Positions 36,901 to 49,900 of a stretch of DNA of 64,000 nt are shown one piece after another (the stretch's first letter is position 1; each line of letters begins with the position of its first letter). The notes beneath the pieces were generated by a model. The model had not been told where the DNA came from. It did not search any database and saw only the letters and a list, made by a program, of their open reading frames with translations. A program made the translations under genes and the position numbers. Source of the DNA: Torpedo marmorata (Eukaryota). The stretch is from positions 77,562,001 through 77,626,000 of the forward strand of contig OZ360232.1 in assembly GCA_977017645.1 (NCBI GenBank). Direction: 5' to 3'.

Positions 36901-38416
36901 CCTCCAGGCCCTCCACGATAGGCTCTACCATTTTGTGAGATCCCGGAACCTTCCCTACTCAGAATCAGAATCAGAATCAGAATCAGAATCAGAATCAGAA
37001 TTTATTGTCATGAACAAGTCATGAAATTCAGTGGAGGAAGTAAGGGAGCTGACTCGCAATTGCCAGGTCTGTGCCGAATGCAAGCCTCAATTTTATAGAC
37101 CGGATAGAGCCCAACTGATCAAAGCCACTCGCCCTTTTTAACGTCTCAGCATTGACTTCAAGGGGCCCCTCCCGTCCACGAATCAGAACTCCTACTTCCT
37201 GAACATCGTGGACAAGTACTCACGTTTCCCATTCGCCATCCCCTGCCTGGATATGACCACATCCACGGTCATTAAAGCACTCCGCTCAGTATTCACTCTG
37301 TTCGGATACCCTAGTTATGTTCATAGTGACCGGGGATCTGCTTTCATGAGTGAGGAGTTGCGGCAATACTTCCTTTCAAGGGGCATAGCTACGAGCAGAA
37401 CCACCAGCTACAACCCCCGCAGGAACGGGCAGGTGGAAAGGGAGAATAGTACGATCTGGAGGGCAGTCCTTTTGGCCCTCAAGTCGAAAGGGATGCCCGT
37501 ATCCCAGTGGCAAGAGGTCCTCCCAGATGCGCTGCATGCTACCAGATCCCTACTCTGCACGACCACCAATGCTACACCCCACGAAAAATTGTTCTCCTTC
37601 CCTAGGAGATTGGCGTCGGGAACCACGCTGCCAGTCTGGCTGACGACCCCAGGGCCGGTGCTTCTTCAGAAGCACGTTAGGACTCATAAGGCGGACCCAC
37701 TGGTCGAGCAAGTGCATCTCCTGCATGCCAACCCCCAGTATGCGCTGGTAAGGTACCCGGACGGACGGGACGATAGTGTCCATCCGGGATCTGGCGCGAG
37801 TGGGGGCCCCGGCACGGGAGGTGCACCCGATATCCCCAGTCAGCGACCAGTCGGCCCCAGGGATCACCCTGACAAATGAAATGGGGATCCCACCCCCAAG
37901 ACGGCCCCCCGATTGTTCCCCTTCACTTGTGTGTCCCCCCCCCCACTCTTACCAATAAATTCACCACCCCCTTCGGACTCGGGACACAGAAATAGTTCAG
38001 CCATCTGACAGCCAGCAGGTCGAACACGACACCGCTCAGCTTGAGCCGAAGATACAGCCAGTACTTCGGAGATCTCAGCGCGAAAGAAAACCACCGGAGC
38101 GGCTGAACCTATGAGACTATAAACTGTATGGACATTGCCCCGTGTCACCCTGCCGGACTTTATTAAAAAAAGGAGGGGTGAATGTGGTGGAACGCGGTAC
38201 TGCGGGTATGTCCGGGCATGTCCTCACTGGCTCACCAGGCTAACCTGTAGCCCCTCCCCATTATATTCCCTAATAAAGGCTGAGAGCCATAGTCTCCTCC
38301 CCTTTACCTGCCTTGGAAGTGAGCCAGCAGCATGTAGAGGCATGCTCGAACTTTCTGATCAATAAAGCCTTTGGTCACTTTCTTCATGACTGTGAGTGGT
38401 CATTGATCGCGCTACA
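33909..38416 (+). mobile_element. Full-length but decayed Gypsy LTR retrotransposon (Mag-like)
   Basis: LTRs 33909-34152 and 38183-38416 (TG..CA, several differences), TSD GTGAC, PPT aaaaggaggggtgaa; twin CCHC, LFDTGS, YLDN, SDRGSAF; stops and frameshifts. Confidence 0.95.
36959..37029 (-). mobile_element. ~70-bp Rex1 3'-end insertion inside the Gypsy integrase
   Basis: (TCAGAA)7 + tttattgtcatgaacaagtcatgaaattc matches the 3' end at 30606-30650; interrupts LPYS|VEEVR. Confidence 0.9.
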
Positions 38417-39327
38417 GTGACATTGAGTGTGAGGTTGTTGTTAGTACACCATTCAGCCAAATTTTCAATCTCCCACCTATATGCTGACTCATTGTCCCTT
38501 TTTATACAACCCACTACCGTGGTATCGTCAGCAAATTTATAGCATCCAAGATCTCTGGTAAATTTGTCAAACATGATTTTTCTTTCATTAAAAGAACATT
38601 GAGTCAGCTTGAATGCATTATAATTTTCTAAATATCCAACTACTACCTCAATGATTCCAGGATTTTGCCACAAGACAGTTTATTGGGCCAACTGGACTAA
38701 AGTTTCATGCTTTACGTCTCCCTCCTTTTGTAAATAGAGGAAGTACACTTGTAGTTTTCTGATCTGCAGGAACTCCCCATCAAAATCCACTGAATGTTAT
38801 CAGGTGACATCCAAAAAATCCACCATCTCTGCAGATATCAATTTGAAGATCCTAAATAGTAAGCCATCAAATCCACGAGACCTGTCAGCCTTCAGTCTCA
38901 TTGCCTAGTACTGTATTTCTTTCTTTTCTGAGTGGCTGCTTTGTTCCACTTTTCCTTTTACCTTTTTACCAGGAAAGCTGCAAAATATTTGTTCAAGGTC
39001 TCTAACCATTTTCTTTTTTTCCCCCATTATTTTCTGAGTTTCATTCTCTGGGAGTCTCTATTTTCTATATTGATAATGAGTTTATTGTCATGTACATTAT
39101 ACAATGTACATATGCACCAAAATTCTTACTTGCCGCAGCCAAACTGGTATTTGTAAAAAAAACTATGATAGTAAACTTAAATGAATTACCGGTAATAAAG
39201 ACAATACGTACATAAAATAGATCAATAATAAATATTCACAGTAATCCAAGAGCAAAAAATAGTGCTGACAGTCCTTTTGTGCTGTCAGAGCAGTTCATGA
39301 TTTGTGTAACAAGGGTAGAGTCATATC

Positions 39328-42300
39328 TTTTTTTTTTTTTTAAATATTTTATTTAAATTTTAAATCACACATTACATAAAATAACTTGCATATAATTCTT
39401 AAAAAATACATGTGATTACATTTTCTCCCCCCCTCATCCCACCCTCCCCTCCCTAGCCCCTATACCCCCCTAATCTAATTTTAAAAAAAAATATATATAA
39501 AATAATAATAGTAAAGATAAAAGAAAAAGTAGAGATATAAAGATAGAACGAGGAGTCAATAAGCTTAAAAAAAAAAAAAAAACACTAATATATCTTAGAG
39601 GTTGTTTCGCCGGTAGGTCTAATATCCAGAGAATTCACAATGTTAAACCCATAATCCTCGTATATGGGCCCCAAATTTTTAAAAAAGAATGATATTTATT
39701 TCGTAAATTATAGGTAATTTTTTCCAATGGTATACATGACCGTAACTCTGCATGCCATCGTTCTAAATTTAAATCAACATCCGATTTCCAAGTAATAGCT
39801 ATACATTTTTTTGAAATTGCTAATATTATACGTAAAAATTCTACTTGATACATATTCAATTTATGTCTAATACTAAATTTTTTAATGTCTCCAAATAAAA
39901 ATAACATAGGATCCATTGCAATTTTAACATTAAAAACTCTTTCTAAAAAATTCTTAACTTTCAACCAAAATTCTTGAATCTTTGAACATGACCATGTACA
40001 ATGTACAAAAGATCCTATTTCAGTTTTACATCTGAAACACGTATCTGATAACGCTGGGTTAAATTTCTTCAATTTTCTAGGTGTCAAATACAATTGATGA
40101 AAAAAATTATATTGTACTAATCTATATCTCACATTAATAACTTTTGTCATACTTAGTTTACATAAATCTTTCCAATGTTTTTCATCTATATTAACATTCA
40201 AATCAGACTCCCATTTCAATCTAGACTTATGCTCTCCTACCTTAGACATTTTTCTTTGAAACAACTTGTACATCTGTGATATAAATTTATTAACATTAAC
40301 TTTAGTAATTAATAACTCCAATTCACTTTGTCTTAATACTGTTAATTCATTCCCTAATCTTTCAATCAAAAAAGCTCTAACTTGAAAATAAACTAACATT
40401 GTATTATCTAATATATTAAATTTTTCCTTTAACCTCTGAAAGGTAACAAATTTACCTGCTTCAAAACAATCTTTTAATGTCTTAACTCCCTTTAAAAACC
40501 ATAATTTAAGTAATTGATTATCCATAGAAAATGGTAAAAGTGGATTTTGGTATATTGGTGTATTTAAAGAAATTAATCCTTTTTGACCTATCTCCTTATC
40601 TACTTGCGACCAAATTTCCAACAAATGTTTAATAATTGGTGTTTTTTTCTTTTTAAGTAATAATAATTTAGGGTTCCATTTATAAATAATATCTTCTTTA
40701 TGTATTTCTCCCATATTATTCAATTCTATATTAATCCAAGCAGAAGTTTTATCCAAATCAAAAAATTCATTAATAAATTTTAACTGAGCTACTTTATAAT
40801 AATGTTGAAAATTAGGAAGTTGTAATCCTCCCATTTCATAATTCCATGTTAATTTATCTATACTTACTCTTGCTAACTTTCCTTTCCATAGAAATTTCCT
40901 AACAATAAATTTTAAATCTTTAAAAAATTTATTTGGAATACCATAAGGAATCGATTGAAAAAGATATTGAATTCTTGGAAAAACATTCATTTTAATACAA
41001 TTTACTCTTCCCATCAACGTTATCGGTAAGTCTTTCCAAAGCTCTAAATCTTTTTTTATTTTAGTAAATAAAGGTATATAATTTAATTTATACAAATTTT
41101 CCAAATTTGTATCTACTTTAACTCCCAAATATTTAATACTCTCTGTAGTCCACTTAAAGTCTGTAACTTCTTTACATCTAGTATAATCCCCTTGCGATAA
41201 AGCCAAAATCTCACTTTTATCTGAATTAATCTTGTATCCTGATATCTCACCATATTCTGTCAATATAATAGCCAATTGTTGAAGTGACGTAACAGATTTT
41301 GTCATATATATTAATACATCATCTGCAAACAAACTAATCTTGTGCTCTTCCCTACCCACCTTTATTCCCATTATATTTATATCTTCTCTAATCATTTCTG
41401 CTAAAGGTTCTATTACCAACACAAACAAAGCAGGAGATAAAGGACATCCCTGTCGTGTTGATCTTGATAACAAAAACTTTTGCGATATCTGTCCATTTGT
41501 AACTACTTTAGCCGTAGGTTCCTTATATATAGTTTTAATCCAATTTATAAAGTTATCTCCAAATCCAAATTTTTCCAAAACCTTAAATAAAAAATTCCAC
41601 TCTACTCTATCAAATGCCTTTTCTGCATCCAATGTTACCACCAGTGGCAGATCTTGTTTCTTCTTATATACATTAATTAAGCTTAACAATCTAGCTATAT
41701 TATCTTTCGAATATCTATTTTTAATAAATCCGGCTTGATCCGAATGTATTAAATGTGGTAGACATTTAGCTAATCTATTTGCTAAAATTTTCGCCATTAT
41801 CTTATAATCTACATTTAACAGTGAAATAGGCCTATAAGACTCTGTTTTTAATACATCTCTATCCTTCTTTGGTATAACCGTAATAATAGCATTTAAAAAT
41901 GTCTTCGGTAACAAATGAGTTTCCATAACTTGATTCAATACCTCCATATACAAAGGTATCAATAAATCTTTAAATTCTTTATAAAATTCTACTGGAAATC
42001 CATCATCACCTGGAGATTTACCACTTCTCAACGTCGATATTGCTTCAGTAACTTCTCTCATCGTAAAAGGTAAATCCAAAGAATATTTACTTTGAACAGT
42101 CAATTTAGGTAAAGTAATTTTAGATAAAAATCTATTTATCTTCGTTTCATCTTGATCTGTCTCAGATCTATATAAATTCTGATAATATTCTTTAAAAGAT
42201 TCATTTATTTCTTGTGGCTTATATGTTATTACCCCTGTATTTCTCTTCCTTATAGCATTAATTGTTTTTGAAACTTGCTCTTTTTTCAATTGCCATGATA

Positions 42301-43075
42301 ACACCTTGTGTGCCTTTTCCCCTAATTCATAATATCTTTGTTTTGTTCTTACTATTAATTTTTCAGTCTTACGCGTTTGCAATAAATTATAATGTAATTT
42401 CTTCCTTACTAAACGGTTCCTCTTAAGAATAGACCGGTTTCTCTGTGAATCTTTTTCCATAATTTCAATCTCCTTCTCTAATTTTTCTTCTTCTCTCAAA
42501 TAGTCTTTTTTTATCTTTGCTGAAAAACTTATTGTTAAACCTCTTAAATAAGCTTTCAAAGCTTCCCATACCATAAATTTATCATCTACCGAATTATTAT
42601 TTACTCTTAAAAATTCCTGAATTTCTCGTCTCATATATTCACAGAAATCCTTCCTTTTCAATAATAAAGAATCAAATCTCCAGTTATAAATAGTCTTTTC
42701 TTTCTCTGGAATTATACACGTCATTAATAAAGGTGAATGATCCGAAATTATTCTTGCTTTATAAGATATCTGTGTTACTCTTTCCTGAAGTTGTGAAGAC
42801 AATAAAAATAAATCTATCCTTGAAAAAGAATTATGTCTAAATGAGTAGAATGAATAATCCTTCTCCCTAGGCTTTAATTTTCTCCAAATATCCACCAAAT
42901 TTAAATCCTCCATCAAATTAACTATCTTCTTCACTATTTTTGGTCTAACAACTGTTTTGGAAGTTTTATCCATTATTGCATTTAAACAACAATTGAAATC
43001 ACCACCAACTAAAATGTTATCTTTGGCATCTGATAAATGTAAAAAAGCATCTTGAATAAACTGTTCATCATCTGG
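39328..43075 (-). mobile_element. Young 5'-truncated L1
   Basis: polyA tail, 17-bp TSD aagggtagagtcatatc (39311-39327 / 43076-43092). Confidence 0.95.
39635..42973 (-). CDS. L1 ORF2 (partial APE endonuclease, RT, Cys-rich C-terminus), open frame
   Basis: SRIDLF..SDH; YRPISLLNVDYK; LDAEKAFDRV; RQGCPLSP; FADD; CFRC..HCTWSC. Confidence 0.93.
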   Translation of the reverse strand: MDKTSKTVVRPKIVKKIVNLMEDLNLVDIWRKLKPREKDYSFYSFRHNSFSRIDLFLLSSQLQERVTQISYKARIISDHSPLLMTCIIPEKEKTIYNWRFDSLLLKRKDFCEYMRREIQEFLRVNNNSVDDKFMVWEALKAYLRGLTISFSAKIKKDYLREEEKLEKEIEIMEKDSQRNRSILKRNRLVRKKLHYNLLQTRKTEKLIVRTKQRYYELGEKAHKVLSWQLKKEQVSKTINAIRKRNTGVITYKPQEINESFKEYYQNLYRSETDQDETKINRFLSKITLPKLTVQSKYSLDLPFTMREVTEAISTLRSGKSPGDDGFPVEFYKEFKDLLIPLYMEVLNQVMETHLLPKTFLNAIITVIPKKDRDVLKTESYRPISLLNVDYKIMAKILANRLAKCLPHLIHSDQAGFIKNRYSKDNIARLLSLINVYKKKQDLPLVVTLDAEKAFDRVEWNFLFKVLEKFGFGDNFINWIKTIYKEPTAKVVTNGQISQKFLLSRSTRQGCPLSPALFVLVIEPLAEMIREDINIMGIKVGREEHKISLFADDVLIYMTKSVTSLQQLAIILTEYGEISGYKINSDKSEILALSQGDYTRCKEVTDFKWTTESIKYLGVKVDTNLENLYKLNYIPLFTKIKKDLELWKDLPITLMGRVNCIKMNVFPRIQYLFQSIPYGIPNKFFKDLKFIVRKFLWKGKLARVSIDKLTWNYEMGGLQLPNFQHYYKVAQLKFINEFFDLDKTSAWINIELNNMGEIHKEDIIYKWNPKLLLLKKKKTPIIKHLLEIWSQVDKEIGQKGLISLNTPIYQNPLLPFSMDNQLLKLWFLKGVKTLKDCFEAGKFVTFQRLKEKFNILDNTMLVYFQVRAFLIERLGNELTVLRQSELELLITKVNVNKFISQMYKLFQRKMSKVGEHKSRLKWESDLNVNIDEKHWKDLCKLSMTKVINVRYRLVQYNFFHQLYLTPRKLKKFNPALSDTCFRCKTEIGSFVHCTWSCSKIQEFWLKVKNFLERVFNVKIAMDPMLFLFGDIKKFSIRHKLNMYQVEFLRIILAISKKCIAITWKSDVDLNLERWHAELRSCIPLEKITYNLRNKYHSFLKIWGPYTRIMGLTL

Positions 43076-43324
43076 AAGGGTAGAGTCATATCGATGGTAA
43101 AAAAAAACAGTTCTTGAACCTCGAGGTGCTGGTTTTATATTCTTAAATAGATTCTGCCTTTTCTATATTCTTTGCACGGTTTATTTTCTCCATCCTTTAA
43201 GTCACCCTTTCCTGGTTTCTAAAACATTCCCAATCTTGCCACCATATAATGACATTTTCTTTCAATGTCATGTATTTCTCAACTTTTTTTAGATAGTCAC
43301 TAATGGATCATCCTACTCACGGAC

Positions 43325-43967
43325 ATTGACGAAAGACCACAGTCTATCTGGGTTGGCAGCAAAACCTCAAGCCCATCACATTGAGCACTGGCACACCTCA
43401 GGGCTGTGTGCTCAGCCCACTACTGTTCACACTGCTGACTCACGACTGCACTGCCAGAATCACTTCTAACAGAATCACCAAATTTGCAGATGATACAACA
43501 GGAGTTTATATGTTCTCCCCGTGTCTGCATGGGTTTTCTACGGGGGCTCCGGTTTCCTCCCACCCTTCAAAAACGTACCGGGGTGTAGGTTAATGGGGTG
43601 TAATTTGGGCAGCACGGACTCGTAGGGCCGAATTGGCCTGTTACAGTGCTGTATGTCTAATTTAAAATTTAAATTTAAATTTCATTGGCCTCATAAGCAA
43701 CAATGATGAATCACATTACAGAGAGGATTGAAAGTATTGTAAAATGGTTCGACAACAAAACCCGAGTCTCAACGTGGGCAAGACAAAGGAGATGATTGTG
43801 GACTTATAGAGAATTCCACTACACATTAACGGTTCCATTATGGAGAGCACAAATTTCCTCGGCGTGTATATAAAGGATGACTTATCCTGGACTCACAACA
43901 CCTCGTTAGTCAGGAAGGTGCAGCAGCACCTACCCAAGGAGGCTGAGGAAGGCAAGGCCCCCATCTT
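43325..43967 (+). mobile_element. Rex1/Babar LINE fragment (continues at 51967-52260), host of the nested L1s; contains a 5'-truncated V-SINE at ~43501-43682
   Basis: [21 protein letters not shown]; resumes TFHRSTIESVLTSCI after the L1. Confidence 0.8.
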
Positions 43968-46900
43968 TTTTTTTTTTTATATAATTTTATTTAAATTTTT
44001 AAAGTCACAAAATACATAAATCAAAAATACTATATCATTCCAAATACATGTGATATATTTCCTCCCCCCCTCCCACCCTCCCCTCCCCAACCCCCCCAGC
44101 ACTATTCTAAAAAAAAATAAAAATTAGCTATAAAGAAAAAAAAAGAAAATAATTGAATAATAAAGAATTAAAGAATTAAAGTGAGGAGAAAACAAATTAC
44201 AAGCTAAATCTATTTATATATTGGAGGTTCGTTTTACCAGCGGCACCGACTTCTAGAGAATTAATTCATACCCATAATTCTCATATATGGGCTCCAAATT
44301 TTCAAAAAGAAATGGTATTTATTACGTAAATTATATGTAATTTTTTCCAATGGTACACAAGAACGTAATTCTGCATGTAATCTATCTAAATTCAAATCTA
44401 AATCTGATTTCCAAGTAATAGCAATACATTTTTTTGAAACCGCTAAAACAATTCGCAAAAATTCTATTTGATACATATTCAATCTATTTCTAATACTAAA
44501 TTTTTTAATATCTCAAAATAAAAATAACATAGGGTCCATTGGAACCGTAATATTAAAAATTCTATCCAAAAAATCTTTAAATTTAGACCAAAAGTCTTGA
44601 ATTTTTGAACATGACCATGTACAGTGTACAAAAGAACCTATTTCATCCTTACATCTAAAACACATATCTGATAATGCCGGATTAAATTTCTTTAATTTTT
44701 TAGGTGTTAAATATAATTGATGAAAAAAATTATATTGTACTAATCTATACCTAACATTAATAATTTTAGTCATACTCAATTTACATAAATCTTTCCAATG
44801 TTTTTCATCTATATTAATATTTAAGTCTGATTCCCAACTTAATCTTGATTTATGTAATTTAGGCATTTTTCTCTGAAGTAATGATTTAGGCATTTTTCTC
44901 TGAAGTAATTTATACATTTGTGATATAAATTTATTAACATTTCCATTAGTGATTAATAATTCTAATCCATCCTGTCTTGGAGCTATTAATTGATTCCCCA
45001 ATTTCTCAACTAAAAATCCTCTAACCTGATAATAAGCCAAAATTGTATTATCCAATATTCCAAATTTTTCTTTCAACCTGGAAAATGTAACAAATCTTCC
45101 AGCCTCAAAACAATCTTTAATCTTCTTAATTCCTTTTTGAAACCATAATTTTAAAAATTGATTATCAATAGAAAAAGGTAATAATAAATTCTGATACAGT
45201 GGCATATTTGGAGATAATAACCCTTTTCGTCCTATCTCATTGTCTAACTGAGTCCAAATTTCCAACAAATGTTTAATAATCGGTGAATTTTTCTTTTTAA
45301 CTAATAATAATTTAGAATTCCATTTATAAATAATATCTTCTTTATATCTCTCCCCTATATTATTCAATTCTATATTAATCCAAGCAGTAAATTTAGTTAA
45401 ATCAAAAAATTCATTAATAAATTTTAATTGAGCTGCCTTGTAATAATATAAAAAATTGGGGAGTTGTAATCCACCCATCTCGTAATTCCAAGTTAATTTA
45501 TCCATACTTACTCTTGCTAATTTTCCCTTCCATAAAAATTTCCTAATAATAATTTTTAAATCTTTAAAAAAATTTTGAGGAATTCCAAAAGGAATAGATT
45601 GAAAAAGGTATTGAACTCTTGGAAAAATATTCATTTTAATACAATTCACTCTTCCCATTAAAGTTATAGGTAAATCTTTCCAATTCTCCAAATCTTTCTT
45701 TATTTTCTGAAATAAAGGTATATAATTTAATTTATATAAATTTTCCAATTTTGTATCTACTTTAACTCCCAAATATTTAATTCCTTCTTTCGCCCATTTA
45801 AATCCTGTGACTTCTTTGCGTTTAGTATAATCTCCTTGAGATAAAGCCATTATTTCACTCTTATCTGAATTTATTTTATAACCAGATATCTCACCATACT
45901 CCCTCAATATCCTAGCTAATTGTTGAAGCGATGCAATAGATTTCGTCATATATATTAATACATCATCTGCAAATAAACTAATTTTATGCTCTTCTGTACC
46001 TACTTTAATCCCATTTATATTAATATCTTTCCTAATCATTTCAGCCAACGGTTCTATTGCCAATACAAATAAAGCAGGTGATAAAGGGCATCCTTGTCTT
46101 GTTGACCTCATCAAGGGGAATTTAGATGATATCTGACCATTTGTAATTACTCTAGCTGTAGGTTCTTTATATATAGTTTTAATCCAATTTATAAAAGTAT
46201 TCCCAAATCCATATTTCTCTAAAACCTTAAATAAAAAATTCCATTCTAATCTATCAAATGCTTTTTCTGCGTCTAATGTTATCACCAACGGCAAATCTTG
46301 TTTCCTTTTTTGCAAATTAATTAAACTTATTAATCTTGCTATATTATCCTTCGAATATCTATTTTTAATAAATCCTGCTTGATCTGAATGTATTAAAATC
46401 GGTAAATACTTAGCTAATCTATTTGTCAATTTTTTTTATTTTTTTTTTTTAATAATTTTATTTAGTTTTTAAAATCACAAAATACATAATCAAAAATAGT
46501 ATATTATTCAAAATACATGTGATACATTTACCACCCCCCCCTCCCACCCTCCCACACTATTCTAATAAAGAAAAAAAAAGAAAAATAAGAATATATAAAA
46601 ATGTTAGTTAAAAGAAAAGAAATAGAATGAGAAATAAAGTTAAGAGAGTTAGTATGAGGAGAAAACAATTTCAAACTAACTCTATTTGTATATTGAAGGT
46701 TACTTTTGTCAGCGGTACTAACTTTTAGAGAATTAATTCATACCCATAATTCTCATGTATGGGCTCCAAATTTTCAGAAAGAAATGATATTTGTCTCGTA
46801 AATTATACGTAATTTTTTCCAGTGGTATACAAGAACGTAACTCTGCATGTAATCTATCTAAATTCAAATCTAAATCCGATTTCCAAGTAATAGCAATACA

Positions 46901-49900
46901 TTTTTTTGAAATTGCTAACACGATTCGTAAAAATTCTATTTGATACATATTTAATCTATTTCTAATACTAATTTTTTTAATATCTCCAAACAAAAATATC
47001 ATAGGATCCATTGGAATCGTAATATTAAAAATTCTATCTAAAAAATCTTTGACTTTAGACCAAAAATTTTTAATTTTCAAACATGACCATGTACAATGTA
47101 CAAAAGAACCTATTTCATCTTTACATCTAAAACACATATCTGACAATGCCGGATTGAATTTCTTTAATTTTTTGGGTGTTATATATAATTGATGAAAAAA
47201 GTTATACTGTACTAATCTATATCTAACATTAATAATCTTAGTCATACTCAATTTACACAATTCTTTCCAGTGTTGTTCATCTATACTAGTATTTAGATCT
47301 GATTCCCAATTTAATCTAGATTTATGCAGTCCTACTTTAGGTATCTTTTTCTGAAATAATTTATACATTTGCGATATAAATTTATTAACATTTCCATTAG
47401 TAATTAATAACTCTAACCCATCCTGTCTAGGAGATATTAATTGATTCCCTAATTTCTCAACTAAAAATCCTTTAACTTGATAATAAGCCAAAATTGTATT
47501 ATCCATTATTCCAAATTTTTCTTTCAATCTAGAAAAAGTAACAAATCTTCCTGCCTCAAAACAATCTTTAATCTTCTTAATTCCTTTTTGATACCATAAT
47601 TTTAAAAATTGATTATCCATAGAAAATGGTAGTAATAAATTCTGATATAATGGCATATTTAAAGAAATTGATCCTTTTCGCCCTATTTCATTATCTAATT
47701 GATTCCAAATCTCTAATAAATGTCTAATAATCGGTGACTTTTTCTTTTTAAACAATAATAATTTAGAATTCCATTTATAAATAATATCTTCCTTATTTCT
47801 TTCTCCTATATTACTTAATTCTATATTAATCCAAGCCGTATTTTTAGTTAAATCAAATAGTTCATTTATAAATTTTAATTGTGCTGCCTTATAATAATAT
47901 TGAAAATTAGGAAGTTGTAATCCACCCATTTCATATTCCCAAGTTAATTTATCCATACTTACTCTTGCCAATTTTCCTTTCCATAAAAACTTTCTAATAA
48001 TATTTTTTAAATCTTTAAAAATTTTTTGAGGAATACCAAAAGGTATAGATTGAAAAAGATATTGAACTCTTGGAAAAATATTCATTTTAATACAATTCAC
48101 TCTTCCCATTAAAGTTATAGGTAAATCTTTCCAATTATCCAAATCCTTCTTTATTTTCTGAAATAAAGGTATGTAATTTAATTTATATAAATTTTCTAAC
48201 TTTGTATCCACTTTAACTCCCAAATATTTAATAGCTTCTTTAGCCCATTTAAATTTTGTAACTTCTTTACATTTAGTATAGTCTCCTTGAGATAAAGCCA
48301 TTATCTCACTTTTATCCGAATTTATTTTATATCCTGATATTTCACCATAATCCCTCAATATTTTATCTAATTGTTGAAGTGATTCAATAGACTTTGTCAT
48401 ATATATTAATACATCATCTGCAAACAAACTAATTTTATGCTCTTCTGCACCTACTTTTATCCCATTTATATTCATATCTTTCCTAATCATTTCCGCCAAC
48501 GGTTCTATTGCCAATACAAATAAAGCAGGTGACAATGGACATCCTTGTCTTGTTGACCGTGTCAAAGAAAATTTAGATGATATTTGACCATTTGTAATTA
48601 CTTTAGCTGTAGGTTCCTTATATATAGTTTTAATCCAATTTATAAACGTGTTTCCAAATCCATATTTCTCTAAAACCTTAAATAAAAACTTCCATTCTAA
48701 TCTATCAAACGCTTTTTCTGCATCTAATGCTATCACTAACGGTAAATCCTGTTTCTTTTTTGTAAATTAATCAAACTTATTAATCTTGCTATATTATCCT
48801 TTGAATATCTGTTTTTAATAAATCCTGCTTGATCTGGATGTATTAAAAATGGTAAAAACTTAGCTAATCTATTTGTCAAGATTTTTGCCATTAATTTATA
48901 GTCTACATTTAACAATGATATAGGTCTATACGATTCAGTTTTCAATACATCTCTATCCTTCTTTGGTATAACTGTAATAACAGCATTTAAAAATGTTTTT
49001 GGTAATAACTGAGTTTCCTTTATTTGAGTCAATACTTCCATATATATAGGTATCAATAAATCTTTAAACTTCTTATAAAACTCTACCGGAAATCCATCAT
49101 CACCAGGAGATTTACCACTATTCAATGATGATAGAGCCTCACCTACTTCTCTCATTGTAATTGGTAAATCTAACAAATCTCTATTAAAACTATTTAATTT
49201 GGGCAATGTAATTTTAGATAAAAAATCATCAATTTTTACAACATCTTGACTCATTTGTAAAGTATATAAATTTTGATAATATTCTTTAAATGAATTATTT
49301 ATTTCTTGAGGTTTATAAGTTATTTCTCCATTACTTTTCTTTATAGCATTTATAGTTTTAGAAACTTGTTCTTTCTTTAATTGCCATGCTAAAACTTTAT
49401 GTGCTCTTTCTCCCAATTCATAATATCTTTGCTTTGTTCTACCAATTAATTTTTCTATTTTTCGAGTTTGCAATATATTATAATGTAATTTTTTTCCCCA
49501 TTAAACGTTGTCTCTTAAAAATTGCTTTATTTCTTTGAAAATCTTTTTCCATAACTTCAATCTCCCCCTCCAGTTTTTCTTCTTCTTTCAAGTAATCTTT
49601 TCTGATTTTTGCCGAGAAGCTTATTATCAATCCTCTTAAATATGCTTTTAAAGATTCCCAAATTATAAACTTATCATCAACTGAATTGTTATTAATTCTT
49701 AAAAATTCCTGAATTTCTTTTCTTATATAATCACAGAAATCTTTTCTATTTAATAAAGAAGAATCTAATCTCCAATTATATACAGTTTTTTCTTTCTCTG
49801 GAATTATACATGTCATTAATAATGGTGAATGGTCCGAAATTATTCTTGCTTTATAAGAAATTTGAGTTATTCTATCTTGAATTTGTGAAGATATTAAAAA

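Larger units (their letters stand above)
33505..38540 (-). mobile_element. Rex1/Babar LINE fragment split by the Gypsy insertion (33505-33908 and 38417-38540)
   Basis: [23 protein letters not shown] continues across the insertion as [27 protein letters not shown]. Confidence 0.8.

Noticed and set aside
36961-37000. (ES)n peptide or telomeric repeat
   Set aside because: It is the (TCAGAA)n tail of a Rex1 mini-insertion
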